Shown piece by piece: positions 43,010 through 52,510 of a stretch of DNA of 64,000 nt. Source of the DNA: an uncultured Candidatus Saccharibacteria bacterium (lineage in GTDB: Bacteria; Patescibacteriota; Saccharimonadia; Saccharimonadales; CAIOMD01); NCBI GenBank assembly GCA_963716565.1, contig OY970318.1:256830-320829 (forward strand), in the 5' to 3' direction. Made by a program: the position numbers and the translations under genes. The notes beneath the pieces are model-generated. The model was not told the origin of the DNA, made no database searches, and saw only the letters and a program-made list of their open reading frames with translations. Position 1 is the first letter of the stretch; the number at the start of each line of letters is the position of its first letter.

Positions 43010-45283
43010 CTAGGCTTTGTTGGCCATTCTTCTGCGAATAATCATAATGCCCATAGCTGGTACTAATCCTAGCAGGTAATACCAAGCTGAGGGGCCGGTG
43101 TTGGGCAGGCTGCCATTGTTGTTTAAAGTAACTGTTACGCTACGGTTTAGGGCAACCGATTGGTTTCCGGCAGTGTCGTAGGCTAATACTTGGATATCGG
43201 AGTGGTAAAGAGCAGTGTTCCAGTTGCAAGAGTAGACACCATTGGCATCGGCAGTGTTGTCGGTGCAAATTAATACTCCATCCACATAAAACTCTACATA
43301 ATCCACCTCTACGTTGTCCGAAGCCTTCACATAGATTGCGTAAGGATTAGTGGTAATGGTTTGGCCATTAGTAAGATTAATAGCGGTATTTATACCGGGT
43401 AAATCAGTAAATATGGGTGGAGTGTCATCTTCTGGGAAAGCGTATTTGATAATAAAACCATTATCATCTTCATCCATCCCAGAGAAATATACTCCAGAAT
43501 TATCTAAAACAACTCCGTAGGCTCTGTCATTGTATTCGGTGGGATTATAGTTTATTACACCAGCGGTGCCAAAGTCGGCATCTAATGCGCCAGTGGTTAA
43601 ATCGCGTCTTTCTAAGCGAAGCTGTGTGTCTGAAGGGCCTAGGATATGCTCTTGACCAACCACATATAAATGATAATCATTCAAAACAACATCTACCGCT
43701 TCATCATAATCTTCATCACTTAAGTTCAAGGCAATTACGCCATCTACGCCAAAATCTTCTATCAGGTCACCGTTGATTAAGTCACGCTTTTCTATGCGCC
43801 ATTGGTAATCATTATCTGTCATATCTCGCCCGACTAAGTACAACCCACTAGAATCTAATGCCATCTCAATAATATGGTCAGAGTAATCTATAGCCACGTT
43901 TTCTTCAACCACACCATCTACGCCAAAATCGGTGATCAAGTCGCCATTTGTTAAATTACGCTTCTCGATGCGCCACTGGCCGCCACCATCATCATCCGGC
44001 GATGAATCAAAACCGCCAATGTATAGTCCCGAATCATCCAATGCAACACTATTAATTACATCTGCTCCACTACTTATATTCTCTGTAACCATACCATCTA
44101 CGCCAAAATCTTCAATGAGTTCGCCAGTGGTTAAGTCACGCTTTTCTATACGCCACATGTCACTTTCATCATCATAGTATTCATCGTAGCCAACTAGGTA
44201 TATAGCAGAATCACTTAAAGCGATATCATATATTTCTCCATACGACTCTGGGCTAACATGGCCGGTCCCACCAAAATCTCCAATAAGCTCACCAGTTGTT
44301 AGGTCACGTTTTTCTAGCCACCAATAATAATCACTGCTGCCTGCAATATATATCCCCGAAGAATCAACTTTTAATGCATAGGCGTAAGGAGAATAAGGTG
44401 AAGAAACTACTTCGCCATCTTCACCAAATTCAGGCACTAAATCCCCAGTAATCGCGTCTCGTTTTGTTATAAACCACTCATCATCGTACTCACAAAGTGA
44501 ATATAAATAATCACCGTCAGTATGTAAATAATCCGACCATACCTCGCAATTTTCAGTTGTTGTCTCCCATCCAAAGGATGGGTCTCCCATAGGCCCTTGG
44601 GCATTAATAAGCACACCAGCTTGGCCATCTGTTACTCTAAGTTTTACTTGAGTAGTAGAAAGAGCATCAGCCAAGGCCCTGGGTTGCCAAAAGTTATTAT
44701 AGGCATTCTCCGGTGGTTCTTCTACGCTTATTGTTACTAAAATAGTTTCACCAACCGTGGCATCATCGGCAATTTTGGCTTCCATAATGCCACTCTGGTA
44801 GCCACTGCTTTCTGAAGTCTCACCAAGGATAGTATTAATATAAAAGGAACTTTGTCCTGCCTCAAAGTCTTCAGAAAAAAAGACAAATGCTTCTTCATCA
44901 CCATCTTCGTCAGGATTAGTAGCAACTTCTAGTGGGCTATAGCCCAGCATCTCTGGCCCGAAACTTTGGAATGCATCAAAATATTCAAAGAGTTCTGGAT
45001 TAGTAAAAATATTATCGTAAGTTACTCCGCCATTATTATCACCTTCACCTACATTCCATGTTTTAAAACGAAAATATACAACATCACCTGGGTTAACCAA
45101 CATTGTTTGCCCACCAGAATTAGTTTCGGCCGAAAAGTTTGCCCAAGTAGTCTGGTCTTCAGCACGGGCAACTTCTAATTTGTTTCTGATATCGTAATCA
45201 CCGTATGAATACCCAGCAGATACGATGCCCGGCATTATTGCTAACACCATGCTTAGAGTAAGCGCCACAAATATCTTTTTCAT
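43010..45283 (-). CDS. LPNTG-anchored surface protein with W-x-I-E-K-R-D-L-x-x-G-x-L-x-x-D-F-G repeats (beta-propeller-like)
   Basis: Signal peptide. At least 6 repeats of the type WRIEKRDLTTGELIEDFGVDGMV. Same C-terminal module ending in LPNTG, TM helix and RRRMANKA. Confidence 0.88.
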   Translation of the reverse strand: MKKIFVALTLSMVLAIMPGIVSAGYSYGDYDIRNKLEVARAEDQTTWANFSAETNSGGQTMLVNPGDVVYFRFKTWNVGEGDNNGGVTYDNIFTNPELFEYFDAFQSFGPEMLGYSPLEVATNPDEDGDEEAFVFFSEDFEAGQSSFYINTILGETSESSGYQSGIMEAKIADDATVGETILVTISVEEPPENAYNNFWQPRALADALSTTQVKLRVTDGQAGVLINAQGPMGDPSFGWETTTENCEVWSDYLHTDGDYLYSLCEYDDEWFITKRDAITGDLVPEFGEDGEVVSSPYSPYAYALKVDSSGIYIAGSSDYYWWLEKRDLTTGELIGDFGGTGHVSPESYGEIYDIALSDSAIYLVGYDEYYDDESDMWRIEKRDLTTGELIEDFGVDGMVTENISSGADVINSVALDDSGLYIGGFDSSPDDDGGGQWRIEKRNLTNGDLITDFGVDGVVEENVAIDYSDHIIEMALDSSGLYLVGRDMTDNDYQWRIEKRDLINGDLIEDFGVDGVIALNLSDEDYDEAVDVVLNDYHLYVVGQEHILGPSDTQLRLERRDLTTGALDADFGTAGVINYNPTEYNDRAYGVVLDNSGVYFSGMDEDDNGFIIKYAFPEDDTPPIFTDLPGINTAINLTNGQTITTNPYAIYVKASDNVEVDYVEFYVDGVLICTDNTADANGVYSCNWNTALYHSDIQVLAYDTAGNQSVALNRSVTVTLNNNGSLPNTGPSAWYYLLGLVPAMGIMIIRRRMANKA

Positions 45284-45434
45284 TTTCTCCCCTCACTTAT
45301 TACCAATATTCTAGCGGTTATTTATACCAAAGTAAACAACCCTTATGGTTCAGATACTATTAGGCGACACATTGTTGACAAGTGTAAAACGTTGTATAAT
45401 TTAAAGCATAAGCGTAAAACAAAAAGGACAAAAA

Positions 45435-46205
45435 ATGAAAACGAAAATCGTCGGTTTAACAGTAGCTTTTTTGTTGGCCGTATATTCAATGGCTGGCATC
45501 GCATGTGCCGGTTACGATAGCATTGCCGAATGTTCGGCCGTAACTAGCACCCTACCATCGGTAACCGTTGGAGAAACTTTTGTGCCTGGCGTAAATAGAA
45601 TTGCCACTATTAGCGTTAGAATAATTGGCACAGGGGCGACTACTCAATCTGTTGATTTGCGAGATGCTAGCAATGTTTATTTGGGCGGGCAAGCAATTAC
45701 TACCGACCAAGCAGATTGGTTCACGGTAGCTTTTGAAACACCTATCGCCGTTAACCCAACCGCAACCTATAAAGTTACCTTTAACAACGCCTCACCAGAC
45801 TGGCAGATTGCTTACAGTGAAGACGCTGATTGTTATTCGGGTGGGGCAGCTGATTTTGGGGGCATTTTTAGAGATATCAACTTTAGGGTTACCGGCTTCA
45901 ACTATGTTGCTCCGACACCTACGCCAACTCCGGTAGCCACGCCAACACCCACTCCCGCACCAACCGCCACGCCAACACCCACTCCCGCACCAACAATAAC
46001 CCCTGATACTAGCGCTAATAATTCACTTACAGCCGCTTCGTTTGATGATGCCAATGATATACAGCTATTAGCCAGTGGCACCGAAAGCTCAAGCAAAAAA
46101 CCTTTGTCTAACTTAACTAAAATCCTAATAGGCGCCGGGGCCTTGGTGGTTGTAGCCGGCGGCATCTTCGCTTACCTAAAATTTTTCAAAAACAAAAAGA
46201 AATAG
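45435..46205 (+). CDS. secreted, C-terminally membrane-anchored protein with Thr/Pro linker
   Basis: Signal peptide, PTPTPTPVATPTPTPAPTATPTPTPAPT linker, and a C-terminal TM helix with KFFKNKKK tail. Confidence 0.75.
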   Translation: MKTKIVGLTVAFLLAVYSMAGIACAGYDSIAECSAVTSTLPSVTVGETFVPGVNRIATISVRIIGTGATTQSVDLRDASNVYLGGQAITTDQADWFTVAFETPIAVNPTATYKVTFNNASPDWQIAYSEDADCYSGGAADFGGIFRDINFRVTGFNYVAPTPTPTPVATPTPTPAPTATPTPTPAPTITPDTSANNSLTAASFDDANDIQLLASGTESSSKKPLSNLTKILIGAGALVVVAGGIFAYLKFFKNKKK

Positions 46206-46241
46206 ACTATTGTCCATAAGATACGGTTCTAAAAACTCTAG

Positions 46242-46535
46242 CTATTTTTTGTGGATTACTTTGCCTAGCCAGTCCAAAGCCATAACTTTGCCGGCTACTA
46301 ACACGCCAACCGCTACAGCTACAAAGGCAGCTCGCGGATGCGTTGCCATTGGGGCGACATGCCACAAAAGAGCAGCTCCCACTAATTCTAGCCAACCCCA
46401 AAATACACCTAGCACGGCTGGCGCTTGCATGCCAAATACGGGCATTTTTGTACCTTTCGCCGCTGTAATAAAATGGAGTAACCCAAATACACCTAAAACT
46501 CCCACTACAAATCCTAATATTAATACACTTGTCAT
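46242..46535 (-). CDS. small integral membrane protein (3 TM)
   Basis: AGGAGG Shine-Dalgarno upstream of ATG 46535 and three hydrophobic helices. Preferred over the overlapping + strand 113-aa ORF. Confidence 0.6.
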   Translation of the reverse strand: MTSVLILGFVVGVLGVFGLLHFITAAKGTKMPVFGMQAPAVLGVFWGWLELVGAALLWHVAPMATHPRAAFVAVAVGVLVAGKVMALDWLGKVIHKK

Positions 46536-46786
46536 AATTAATTCCTCCTAATTACATCATACACCCCCAAGCAACTCATACCGGCAAGCACAAGCACAAT
46601 AACAGCGTAAATTTGCAAATTTGGCTGAACTATTATGAAATTATCGTCTATTGTGCTATAGTTAATTTAAGCGAGTAGTTACTATACTTCTCCGTAATCA
46701 TAATTCGTCATAAAAAACTTACTATAATCGCGGCGGGAATACTAATAACGCAAGCGATATAATTTTAATAGAGGGAACAAAAGAAC

Positions 46787-47074
46787 ATGGCAATGAAACT
46801 TTACGTAGGTGGCCTAGCATATAGCGTTACCGAAAAAGAACTAGAAGAACTGTTTGCCGGCCAAGGCAAAGTTGTAAGTGCAGTAATAATTAAAGATCGT
46901 GACAGCGGCCAATCTAAAGGCTTCGGCTTTGTAGAGATGGAAGATGTTAAAGAAGGCCAAAACGCCATCAAAGAACTAAGTGGCAAAGATTTAGGCGGAC
47001 GCCAGATCATTGTTAACGAAGCACGCCCACAAGAAGATCGCTCGGGCGGCGGCAGCTTTAGAAAAAGTTACTAA
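46787..47074 (+). CDS. RRM-type RNA-binding protein
   Basis: RNP-2 LYVGGL and RNP-1 KGFGFVEM, with a Gly-rich tail. Confidence 0.92.
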   Translation: MAMKLYVGGLAYSVTEKELEELFAGQGKVVSAVIIKDRDSGQSKGFGFVEMEDVKEGQNAIKELSGKDLGGRQIIVNEARPQEDRSGGGSFRKSY

Positions 47075-47143
47075 AACTTAGACTAAATACTTGATTGCAA
47101 AGAAGTCGGCTCTACGGAGCCGCTTCTTAATTGAGGCAAACTT

Positions 47144-48184
47144 ATGACAAAGATTAACCAACGTATCGAAATAGTTAGCTCGACTCGAAAGATTCTTAGC
47201 TCTATGAGCCAAAGGTCGCGAAACGACGCCCATAGGGTGTTATCTAAACATTTCGCCCAGGTCGACATAACTATGATCGACGATCCGGCAGATTTAGTAG
47301 CGTTAGTGGAACGCCAGCCAGACTTAGTATTCTTGGGCATGGGCTTTATAACCCCTAACAATCCTGATGAGCCCAAAACTAAAATCTGGCTAGCTGATTA
47401 TTTAGAACAGTACGGCATAGCTTTTACTGGGTCTAGGCAAACTTCGCACGAACTAGAGCACAAAAAATCCCTGGCTAAGCAATGCGTACGTAGCGCCGGC
47501 TTTGCCACTTCGCCATTTTTTGTCGCCAAAAAAGACGCAATATTAGCCCCAGAAAACATTAACCTTATGTACCCATTATTTGTTAAGCCAGCTAGCAGTG
47601 GCGGCGGTACGGGTATCGATTGCGACTCTGTTGTTTACTGTTTTGAGCAATTAAGAGCTAAAGTTCTTTCGATTGCCCGAAACATTAAATCGGATTCACT
47701 CATAGAAGAGTACTTACCAGGGCGCGAGTTTAGTGTAGCTATATTAAAAGACGCCACTTCGGCAGAGTATATGCTAATGCCCTTAGAGCTTGTCGCTCCG
47801 ACCGATAAGAATGGAACACGGATGCTAAGCCAAAAAGTAAAGTCTACCGATAGTGAACAAGCTACAGCAATTACCGACAAAGCCATAAAGGATTGCGTTA
47901 CCACGCTGGCTATCAACGCTTTTAATGCCCTAGGCGCTCGAGATTACGGACGAATAGACATCCGTATGGACAAAAATGGCACACCGCACTTTTTAGAAGC
48001 TAATCTAATACCTAGTTTAATCAGCGGCTATGGTTCGTTCCCTAAAGCCTGCCAGCTAAACATTGGCATGGACTACGAAACTATGATTTTGGACATTGCA
48101 AACCTTGGATTGGCGCGGGCTAACATCATCAACGAACTTGTATTCACGCCAGTCACCGCAATCCCAGCCCTAGAATTAGTTTAA
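47144..48184 (+). CDS. ATP-grasp enzyme, D-alanine--D-alanine ligase family
   Basis: VKPASSGGGTGI, EEYLPGREFSVAIL, ARDYGRIDIRMDKNGTPHFLEANLIPS. Confidence 0.83.
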   Translation: MTKINQRIEIVSSTRKILSSMSQRSRNDAHRVLSKHFAQVDITMIDDPADLVALVERQPDLVFLGMGFITPNNPDEPKTKIWLADYLEQYGIAFTGSRQTSHELEHKKSLAKQCVRSAGFATSPFFVAKKDAILAPENINLMYPLFVKPASSGGGTGIDCDSVVYCFEQLRAKVLSIARNIKSDSLIEEYLPGREFSVAILKDATSAEYMLMPLELVAPTDKNGTRMLSQKVKSTDSEQATAITDKAIKDCVTTLAINAFNALGARDYGRIDIRMDKNGTPHFLEANLIPSLISGYGSFPKACQLNIGMDYETMILDIANLGLARANIINELVFTPVTAIPALELV

Positions 48185-48891
48185 GTTGGCGAGCAGTAGT
48201 AGGGGCTACTAACAAAGGATGCTTGATTAGAGGAGGTTGCGTTAGGAGAGGTCACTACTAATTGTTCCCAAAATGTTACTGGGTCAGGAAAAGGCAACGC
48301 ATAAGCTCTTCCTTCAAAAAGGCTTAGAAATCTTTCGAAGATATTTGGTTGATTCATCGCCGGAAGAGGGTTCCCCCATGTGCTGCCCCAACTCGTTGTT
48401 ACTGTTTGCGAGCCTGCGCCAGTAAAATTCAGTGGCGCACCTGCCGTAGTGCCGCCATCCGAACCAAGCCAATAGTAAGCAACCACTCCAGCGGCATTCG
48501 TAGTTATCGTCCCCGTAAAATTAACTGTTCTGAATATGCCAGTACAAACCGTTTGCGTATCTGCAGATGCCGTAACGCCTGTTACCGCAAAAACTATTGG
48601 GGTTGGAGTAGAAACAGGGGCAGGAGTTGGACTTTGGTTGTTAGGTGTTGGAGTTGGTGTAGGGGTTGGTGTCAAGGCCGTGGTTGGAGTAGGCGTTACG
48701 CTACTGCTAGTTTGCGATGTGTTTGACCCAGCAGTTGGGGTAGTGGGGCCACCGGTTTTCACGCTATCGTCATCGTTTAAATAAAGTGCATACACAAGAC
48801 CGCCAGCCATTATAATCAACACTAAAATTAACAGGGCAAATAACCTAACCTTTTTAGAGGTCATTTTTTTGAAGGGCCCAAACTTAAACAT
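48181..48891 (-). CDS. membrane-anchored extracellular protein with Thr/Pro linker
   Basis: N-terminal TM helix (LFALLILVLIIMAGGLVYALYL), then TPTPTTALTPTPTPTPTPNNQSPTPAP. AAGGAA Shine-Dalgarno. Confidence 0.7.
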   Translation of the reverse strand: MFKFGPFKKMTSKKVRLFALLILVLIIMAGGLVYALYLNDDDSVKTGGPTTPTAGSNTSQTSSSVTPTPTTALTPTPTPTPTPNNQSPTPAPVSTPTPIVFAVTGVTASADTQTVCTGIFRTVNFTGTITTNAAGVVAYYWLGSDGGTTAGAPLNFTGAGSQTVTTSWGSTWGNPLPAMNQPNIFERFLSLFEGRAYALPFPDPVTFWEQLVVTSPNATSSNQASFVSSPYYCSPT

Positions 48892-48978
48892 TTGTTTTCC
48901 TTTTTTATTTTGATTTAACTACCACTGTTGTATCAGATTACACGCAGTGAGTCAATAGCGCTTATGCTTAGCGAAGAT

Positions 48979-49551
48979 TTATACTTCCTCAAAAACTTGG
49001 TCTTTGGGGTAGAGCAGCATAAAAGGGTAGCCAACGTAGTTCCGCTCTATCTTTGTACAACCAACTCGTTTTAAGAACTTTACCATCTCGTCTGTAACTA
49101 CTTTAGGGTCGGCCGCCTTATCTGAACCTTTATATTCAACCTCTACAAAATCGCCCAAATCGGTAATTTTATCAATGGCCACTTCGTAATCTTGGTAATC
49201 CCAAATTTTGCGGGTTTTTTCAACAATCACTATCGGTTTTATATCTATAGCCTTAAAGATTTTTCTTATCTGGTCTGGGTTCTCAACAGCTGTTTCGTAT
49301 TCATCGCAATAATGGCTTTTGCCATCTTTTTCGAAATGCCAGTATTTATAGTTAATCGAATTCTTACCAGACTCCCTAATACGCAGCCATTCAGCAATTG
49401 GTTTTTTGGCTAAGAAGTTACGATGAGCAGGAGAATAATACTCATCCTTTTGGTATACTTCGCCCTTAAATTTGGCGTTCTTTTTTAAGAACACTTCTAA
49501 TTTATCGGCGCCTTTTACCCTAACTTGAATCTCAATTTCTTTATCGCTCAT
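48979..49551 (-). CDS. CYTH (triphosphate tunnel metalloenzyme / class IV cyclase-like) domain protein
   Basis: N-terminal EIEIQVRV (an EXEXK-like motif with Q in place of K) and C-terminal FVEVEY strand. Length and pattern fit CyaB/ThTPase-like proteins. Confidence 0.72.
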   Translation of the reverse strand: MSDKEIEIQVRVKGADKLEVFLKKNAKFKGEVYQKDEYYSPAHRNFLAKKPIAEWLRIRESGKNSINYKYWHFEKDGKSHYCDEYETAVENPDQIRKIFKAIDIKPIVIVEKTRKIWDYQDYEVAIDKITDLGDFVEVEYKGSDKAADPKVVTDEMVKFLKRVGCTKIERNYVGYPFMLLYPKDQVFEEV

Positions 49552-49598
49552 GGTTTGTAATATAGCACAAAAAAATAAACGTATAACTTACAAAAAAC

Positions 49599-50180
49599 CT
49601 AGGGGTTCCTTAGCTCTGGATTACTCGGGCCTTCGGGTCCTTGTAGGCGTTCGTCATATTCTCGGCGAGCTTTTTCGGCGATGATTTTAAACTTTTCGGG
49701 GTCTTGCAACCAAGTCTCATAATCCATTCCATCAACCTCATGGTCTACAGTTTGGCCGTCACCCAATCTTTCGCCGATTATTGGCACCCTGGCCCCCTCG
49801 GCAGTTACGGCGTATCCTTCATAATCTACGTACCAGCCAAAATCTACCAACTCCCAATCCCTAACTCTTTCGCGTTCATCGCGAGTCATCTCCCATATTG
49901 TCCCAAGTATTTTACCTTCGGGATCGGCTAGGGCAACGTAACTCTTAAAATCATCATCCCAACATTCTTTTAATAAAGCCCTGGGCGAAATGGGTGCCGG
50001 TGCTTTAGGTAAAACCGTATCCGGCACTTGGTCTAGTCGCTGTATGGCTAAACGATAGCCCTCTAACACAGCCTGCTGGCCAACTAACTCTTTTGCCGGC
50101 CTGCCTAAGATAGCGGCTATCATTTGAGGATCGCGATTAGCACCGTATCCAAAATATAATACTGTTTCGTTTTCGCTCAT
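49599..50180 (-). CDS. gamma-glutamylcyclotransferase (AIG2/GGCT-like) family protein
   Basis: N-terminal LYFGYGANRDP motif (YGSN-type). Confidence 0.7.
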   Translation of the reverse strand: MSENETVLYFGYGANRDPQMIAAILGRPAKELVGQQAVLEGYRLAIQRLDQVPDTVLPKAPAPISPRALLKECWDDDFKSYVALADPEGKILGTIWEMTRDERERVRDWELVDFGWYVDYEGYAVTAEGARVPIIGERLGDGQTVDHEVDGMDYETWLQDPEKFKIIAEKARREYDERLQGPEGPSNPELRNP

Positions 50181-50749
50181 AATTTTACTTTTACTAGGCC
50201 GCCGTGGCCGGGAATAATAAAATCGGCTCTGCCCAAAATCTTCTTACGGCTGGCTTCTAGAACTTTCTGATTAGCCCCTTCGGTTGGATCCGTAATAGGC
50301 GTAAAATCTTCGTACCACCAAAGGTCTCCAGCAACACAAACAACGCCCTCGTTGGTATCAACCAGCAGGGAGCAGTGGTTAATGGTGTGGCCGGGCGTAT
50401 GAACTCTTTTTATGCCTTTAGTTATTTCGTATTCTTCATCTTCGAAAAAGCGATGCCCATCTTGTTTGTGGAATCCCCACCTATCAATAACTTCGGCGTT
50501 TCTAAAAATAGCAATATCTCTGGCGTGATCTAAATGTTCGTGAGTAATAAAAACATAGTTTATGTCTTCGATTTTCAAACTAAATTTGGCTAAGGCTTCG
50601 GCGTATTCTTTGGTGGATTCATGAGTGCCTGGGTCGACCACAATATTAAAGCCATCTGTTCTTACAAGCGTGGTGGTTGAAGCGTACCTATGAAATTCCT
50701 CACATAATTCGTGATTATAACCTTTTAGCAAGACATCAACTTTTGGCAT
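50177..50749 (-). CDS. MBL-fold metallo-hydrolase
   Basis: ITHEHLDH (HxHxDH), HTPGHT, and a late IPGHG motif. Confidence 0.9.
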   Translation of the reverse strand: MPKVDVLLKGYNHELCEEFHRYASTTTLVRTDGFNIVVDPGTHESTKEYAEALAKFSLKIEDINYVFITHEHLDHARDIAIFRNAEVIDRWGFHKQDGHRFFEDEEYEITKGIKRVHTPGHTINHCSLLVDTNEGVVCVAGDLWWYEDFTPITDPTEGANQKVLEASRKKILGRADFIIPGHGGLVKVKL

Positions 50750-50763
50750 ATAAGTCAGTATAA

Positions 50764-50805
50764 CAAAAAAATCCCAGCGACTCCTGCTGGTACAGGAGCC
50801 CTGGG
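50764..50805 (-). terminator. rho-independent terminator after the zinc-finger gene
   Basis: Minus strand reads CCCAGGGCTCCTG-TAC-CAGCAGGAGTCGCTGGG followed by ATTTTTTT. Confidence 0.6.
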
Positions 50806-50869
50806 GGTGTCACTTTACTGGGCAGAGTAACTATAGCCAAGTGAAAACTGTAGTTACTGATTGGGCCGC

Positions 50870-51172
50870 CTAGCCAGACGGATCGTCCTCGGGATACTCC
50901 TCGAGGAATTCCTCGTAGGTCATGATCGGGCCGATAGGCCCAACGCCGGTGCCGTGTGGCAATCCACGAGCGGACTGCTGAACTACGATGACGCCCTCCA
51001 GCCGCTTGCGACCCTTGAACGGGGTGTAAGTGACTGGCGCCCAACCTTTGCCACCGCAGTAGGCACAGGTTACGTATACGCCATCCGGTTCTCCGAGCCT
51101 ATGGTAGAGACCAGTGCCATCACACTCCGAGCAAGTTGCTCGCTCTGTAACGGCGCCCTCTGATACAGCCAT
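50870..51172 (-). CDS. small DnaJ-type zinc-finger protein (two CxxCxGxG motifs)
   Basis: CSECDGTG and CAYCGGKG. AAAGGAAG Shine-Dalgarno 5 nt before ATG 51172. Sits in a strongly G+C-rich islet. Confidence 0.7.
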   Translation of the reverse strand: MAVSEGAVTERATCSECDGTGLYHRLGEPDGVYVTCAYCGGKGWAPVTYTPFKGRKRLEGVIVVQQSARGLPHGTGVGPIGPIMTYEEFLEEYPEDDPSG

Positions 51173-51331
51173 GTGGCTTCCTTTCACTTCTGGCTACTGC
51201 AGGAACAAAGTATATTATAGCATATCTATGCTTTTATGTCTAGTATGTTATCCCCTTGAGATCGAGGCTTTAGCACTCATAGCACAAACAGCATCACAAC
51301 TGCCAGCAGGGTAAAGTTGAGATAATCAGTC

Positions 51332-52021
51332 CTACTTTTTTATGACTAGAGTTTCAATAAGATTATCGTGGTTTTTAGAAGGTGCGGTGCGATTAAAGCC
51401 TATGTAAAGCGTCTCATCATACGAAGTCATATATTTAACTTCTAGTACCACGCCTGCAAGACGTTCAGCAAGCTCATTTTCAGAAAAGAAGTGTCGCCTA
51501 GGCCTCTTTATTTTGCCAGTCACTGGCTCAATATCGGTATATTCTGTAAGGCCAGTAATGGGGTCATATGTAGAATCATCCGCCTTTGCACAATCGCAAT
51601 CTTTGGAGCGAACGACTATGTACATTTTGCCACCGACTTTTAAGATTCTTTTTAATTCTAGCAGCGTATCTACCAAATCTTTTTTGGTTAAATAATGTAA
51701 AACTAGCCTGGCGTAAATAAAATCAAAATAGTCATCTTTATAAGGTAGCGGCTGCGACACATCTTCTAGTTTTATTTCTATCTGACTGCTTAGATTCGCT
51801 TTTTTAAGATATTCTTTGGCGATTTCGATTCCATTTTTATCAATAGTGGTAGCAATAATATGACGATTTGGGTTCATCGCAGCCATTACGGCTTCGGCCT
51901 GGCCGCCCGTAGAAACTCCAACACTGTATATATTTAAATCATCCTCAGAAATGGCATCGATGCCATGCCTTTCGCTTTCAACAAGCAATGCCGTATTAAC
52001 GCCTAACGTATCGGGGTTCAT
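51332..52021 (-). CDS. class I SAM-dependent methyltransferase
   Basis: Motif I-like IYSVGVSTGG, acidic loop IEIKLEDV, and LKVGGKMYIV. Confidence 0.82.
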   Translation of the reverse strand: MNPDTLGVNTALLVESERHGIDAISEDDLNIYSVGVSTGGQAEAVMAAMNPNRHIIATTIDKNGIEIAKEYLKKANLSSQIEIKLEDVSQPLPYKDDYFDFIYARLVLHYLTKKDLVDTLLELKRILKVGGKMYIVVRSKDCDCAKADDSTYDPITGLTEYTDIEPVTGKIKRPRRHFFSENELAERLAGVVLEVKYMTSYDETLYIGFNRTAPSKNHDNLIETLVIKK

Positions 52022-52416
52022 ATTAATGCCTTTGCTGCTTGGTATACGTGTTGTTCGTAAACGTCATTACTGGATTTTAATGTCTCAACGTCTATAAACT
52101 GTGCGTCTGTTACGCCTTTACCAAAGATAAATTTTGTGGAGTCGATGGTGGTATCAAAAACAATCCATACAACCCATATTTGGCCATTTGGATGCTTGTA
52201 TGTTGCAGTGTAAATAACGTCTTTAATTACTGCACCATTCACGCCAAGTTCTTCCTTCAATTCTCGTAATATGCCTTCTTGGGGCTGCTCGCCATGGTGC
52301 AAACCACCGCCAGGAAGACTCCAAGTATCTTGATCTTCCTTAACTACCAGTACCTTGCCGTCTTTATCGCGCACAAGTGCCTTAACCGATATCCGATAAA
52401 AGGTATCCGAAATCAT
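52018..52416 (-). CDS. Nudix hydrolase
   Basis: Nudix box GGGLHHGEQPQEGILRELKEELGV. Start reassigned to ATG 52416, 6 nt after a TGCTATACT -10 box. Confidence 0.88.
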   Translation of the reverse strand: MISDTFYRISVKALVRDKDGKVLVVKEDQDTWSLPGGGLHHGEQPQEGILRELKEELGVNGAVIKDVIYTATYKHPNGQIWVVWIVFDTTIDSTKFIFGKGVTDAQFIDVETLKSSNDVYEQHVYQAAKALI

Positions 52417-52432
52417 ACCGCCAGTATAGCAA
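52414..52432 (-). promoter_or_regulatory. leaderless promoter-start module TTGCTATACTGGCGGTATG (copy 1 of 3)
   Basis: Extended -10 TGCTATACT, a 6-nt spacer GGCGGT, then the ATG. Identical 19-mers occur at 54073-54091 and 54901-54919. Confidence 0.6.
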
Positions 52433-52510
52433 AAGATTAAAGTATGGTAATTTACCCCCTGGGCCTGGCACGCTATAAGCGCACCAAGCCACAGAGGGGC
52501 GGGTAGGGGG

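Noticed and set aside
37316-43430. Shared C-terminal modules as VR/TR pairs of a diversity-generating retroelement
   Set aside because: No reverse transcriptase is in the window. Differences between copies are spread over all base types as far as I can see by eye, so ordinary paralogy explains them.
46210-46551. 113-aa plus-strand ORF
   Set aside because: Overlaps the minus-strand 97-aa membrane protein, which has a strong AGGAGG site and clear TM helices. The plus-frame product is low-complexity.
47364-47370. CTGATGA box inside the ATP-grasp gene as a third hammerhead
   Set aside because: No helix II hairpin followed by GAAA, and no helix I or III partners. It is an isolated heptamer within a CDS.
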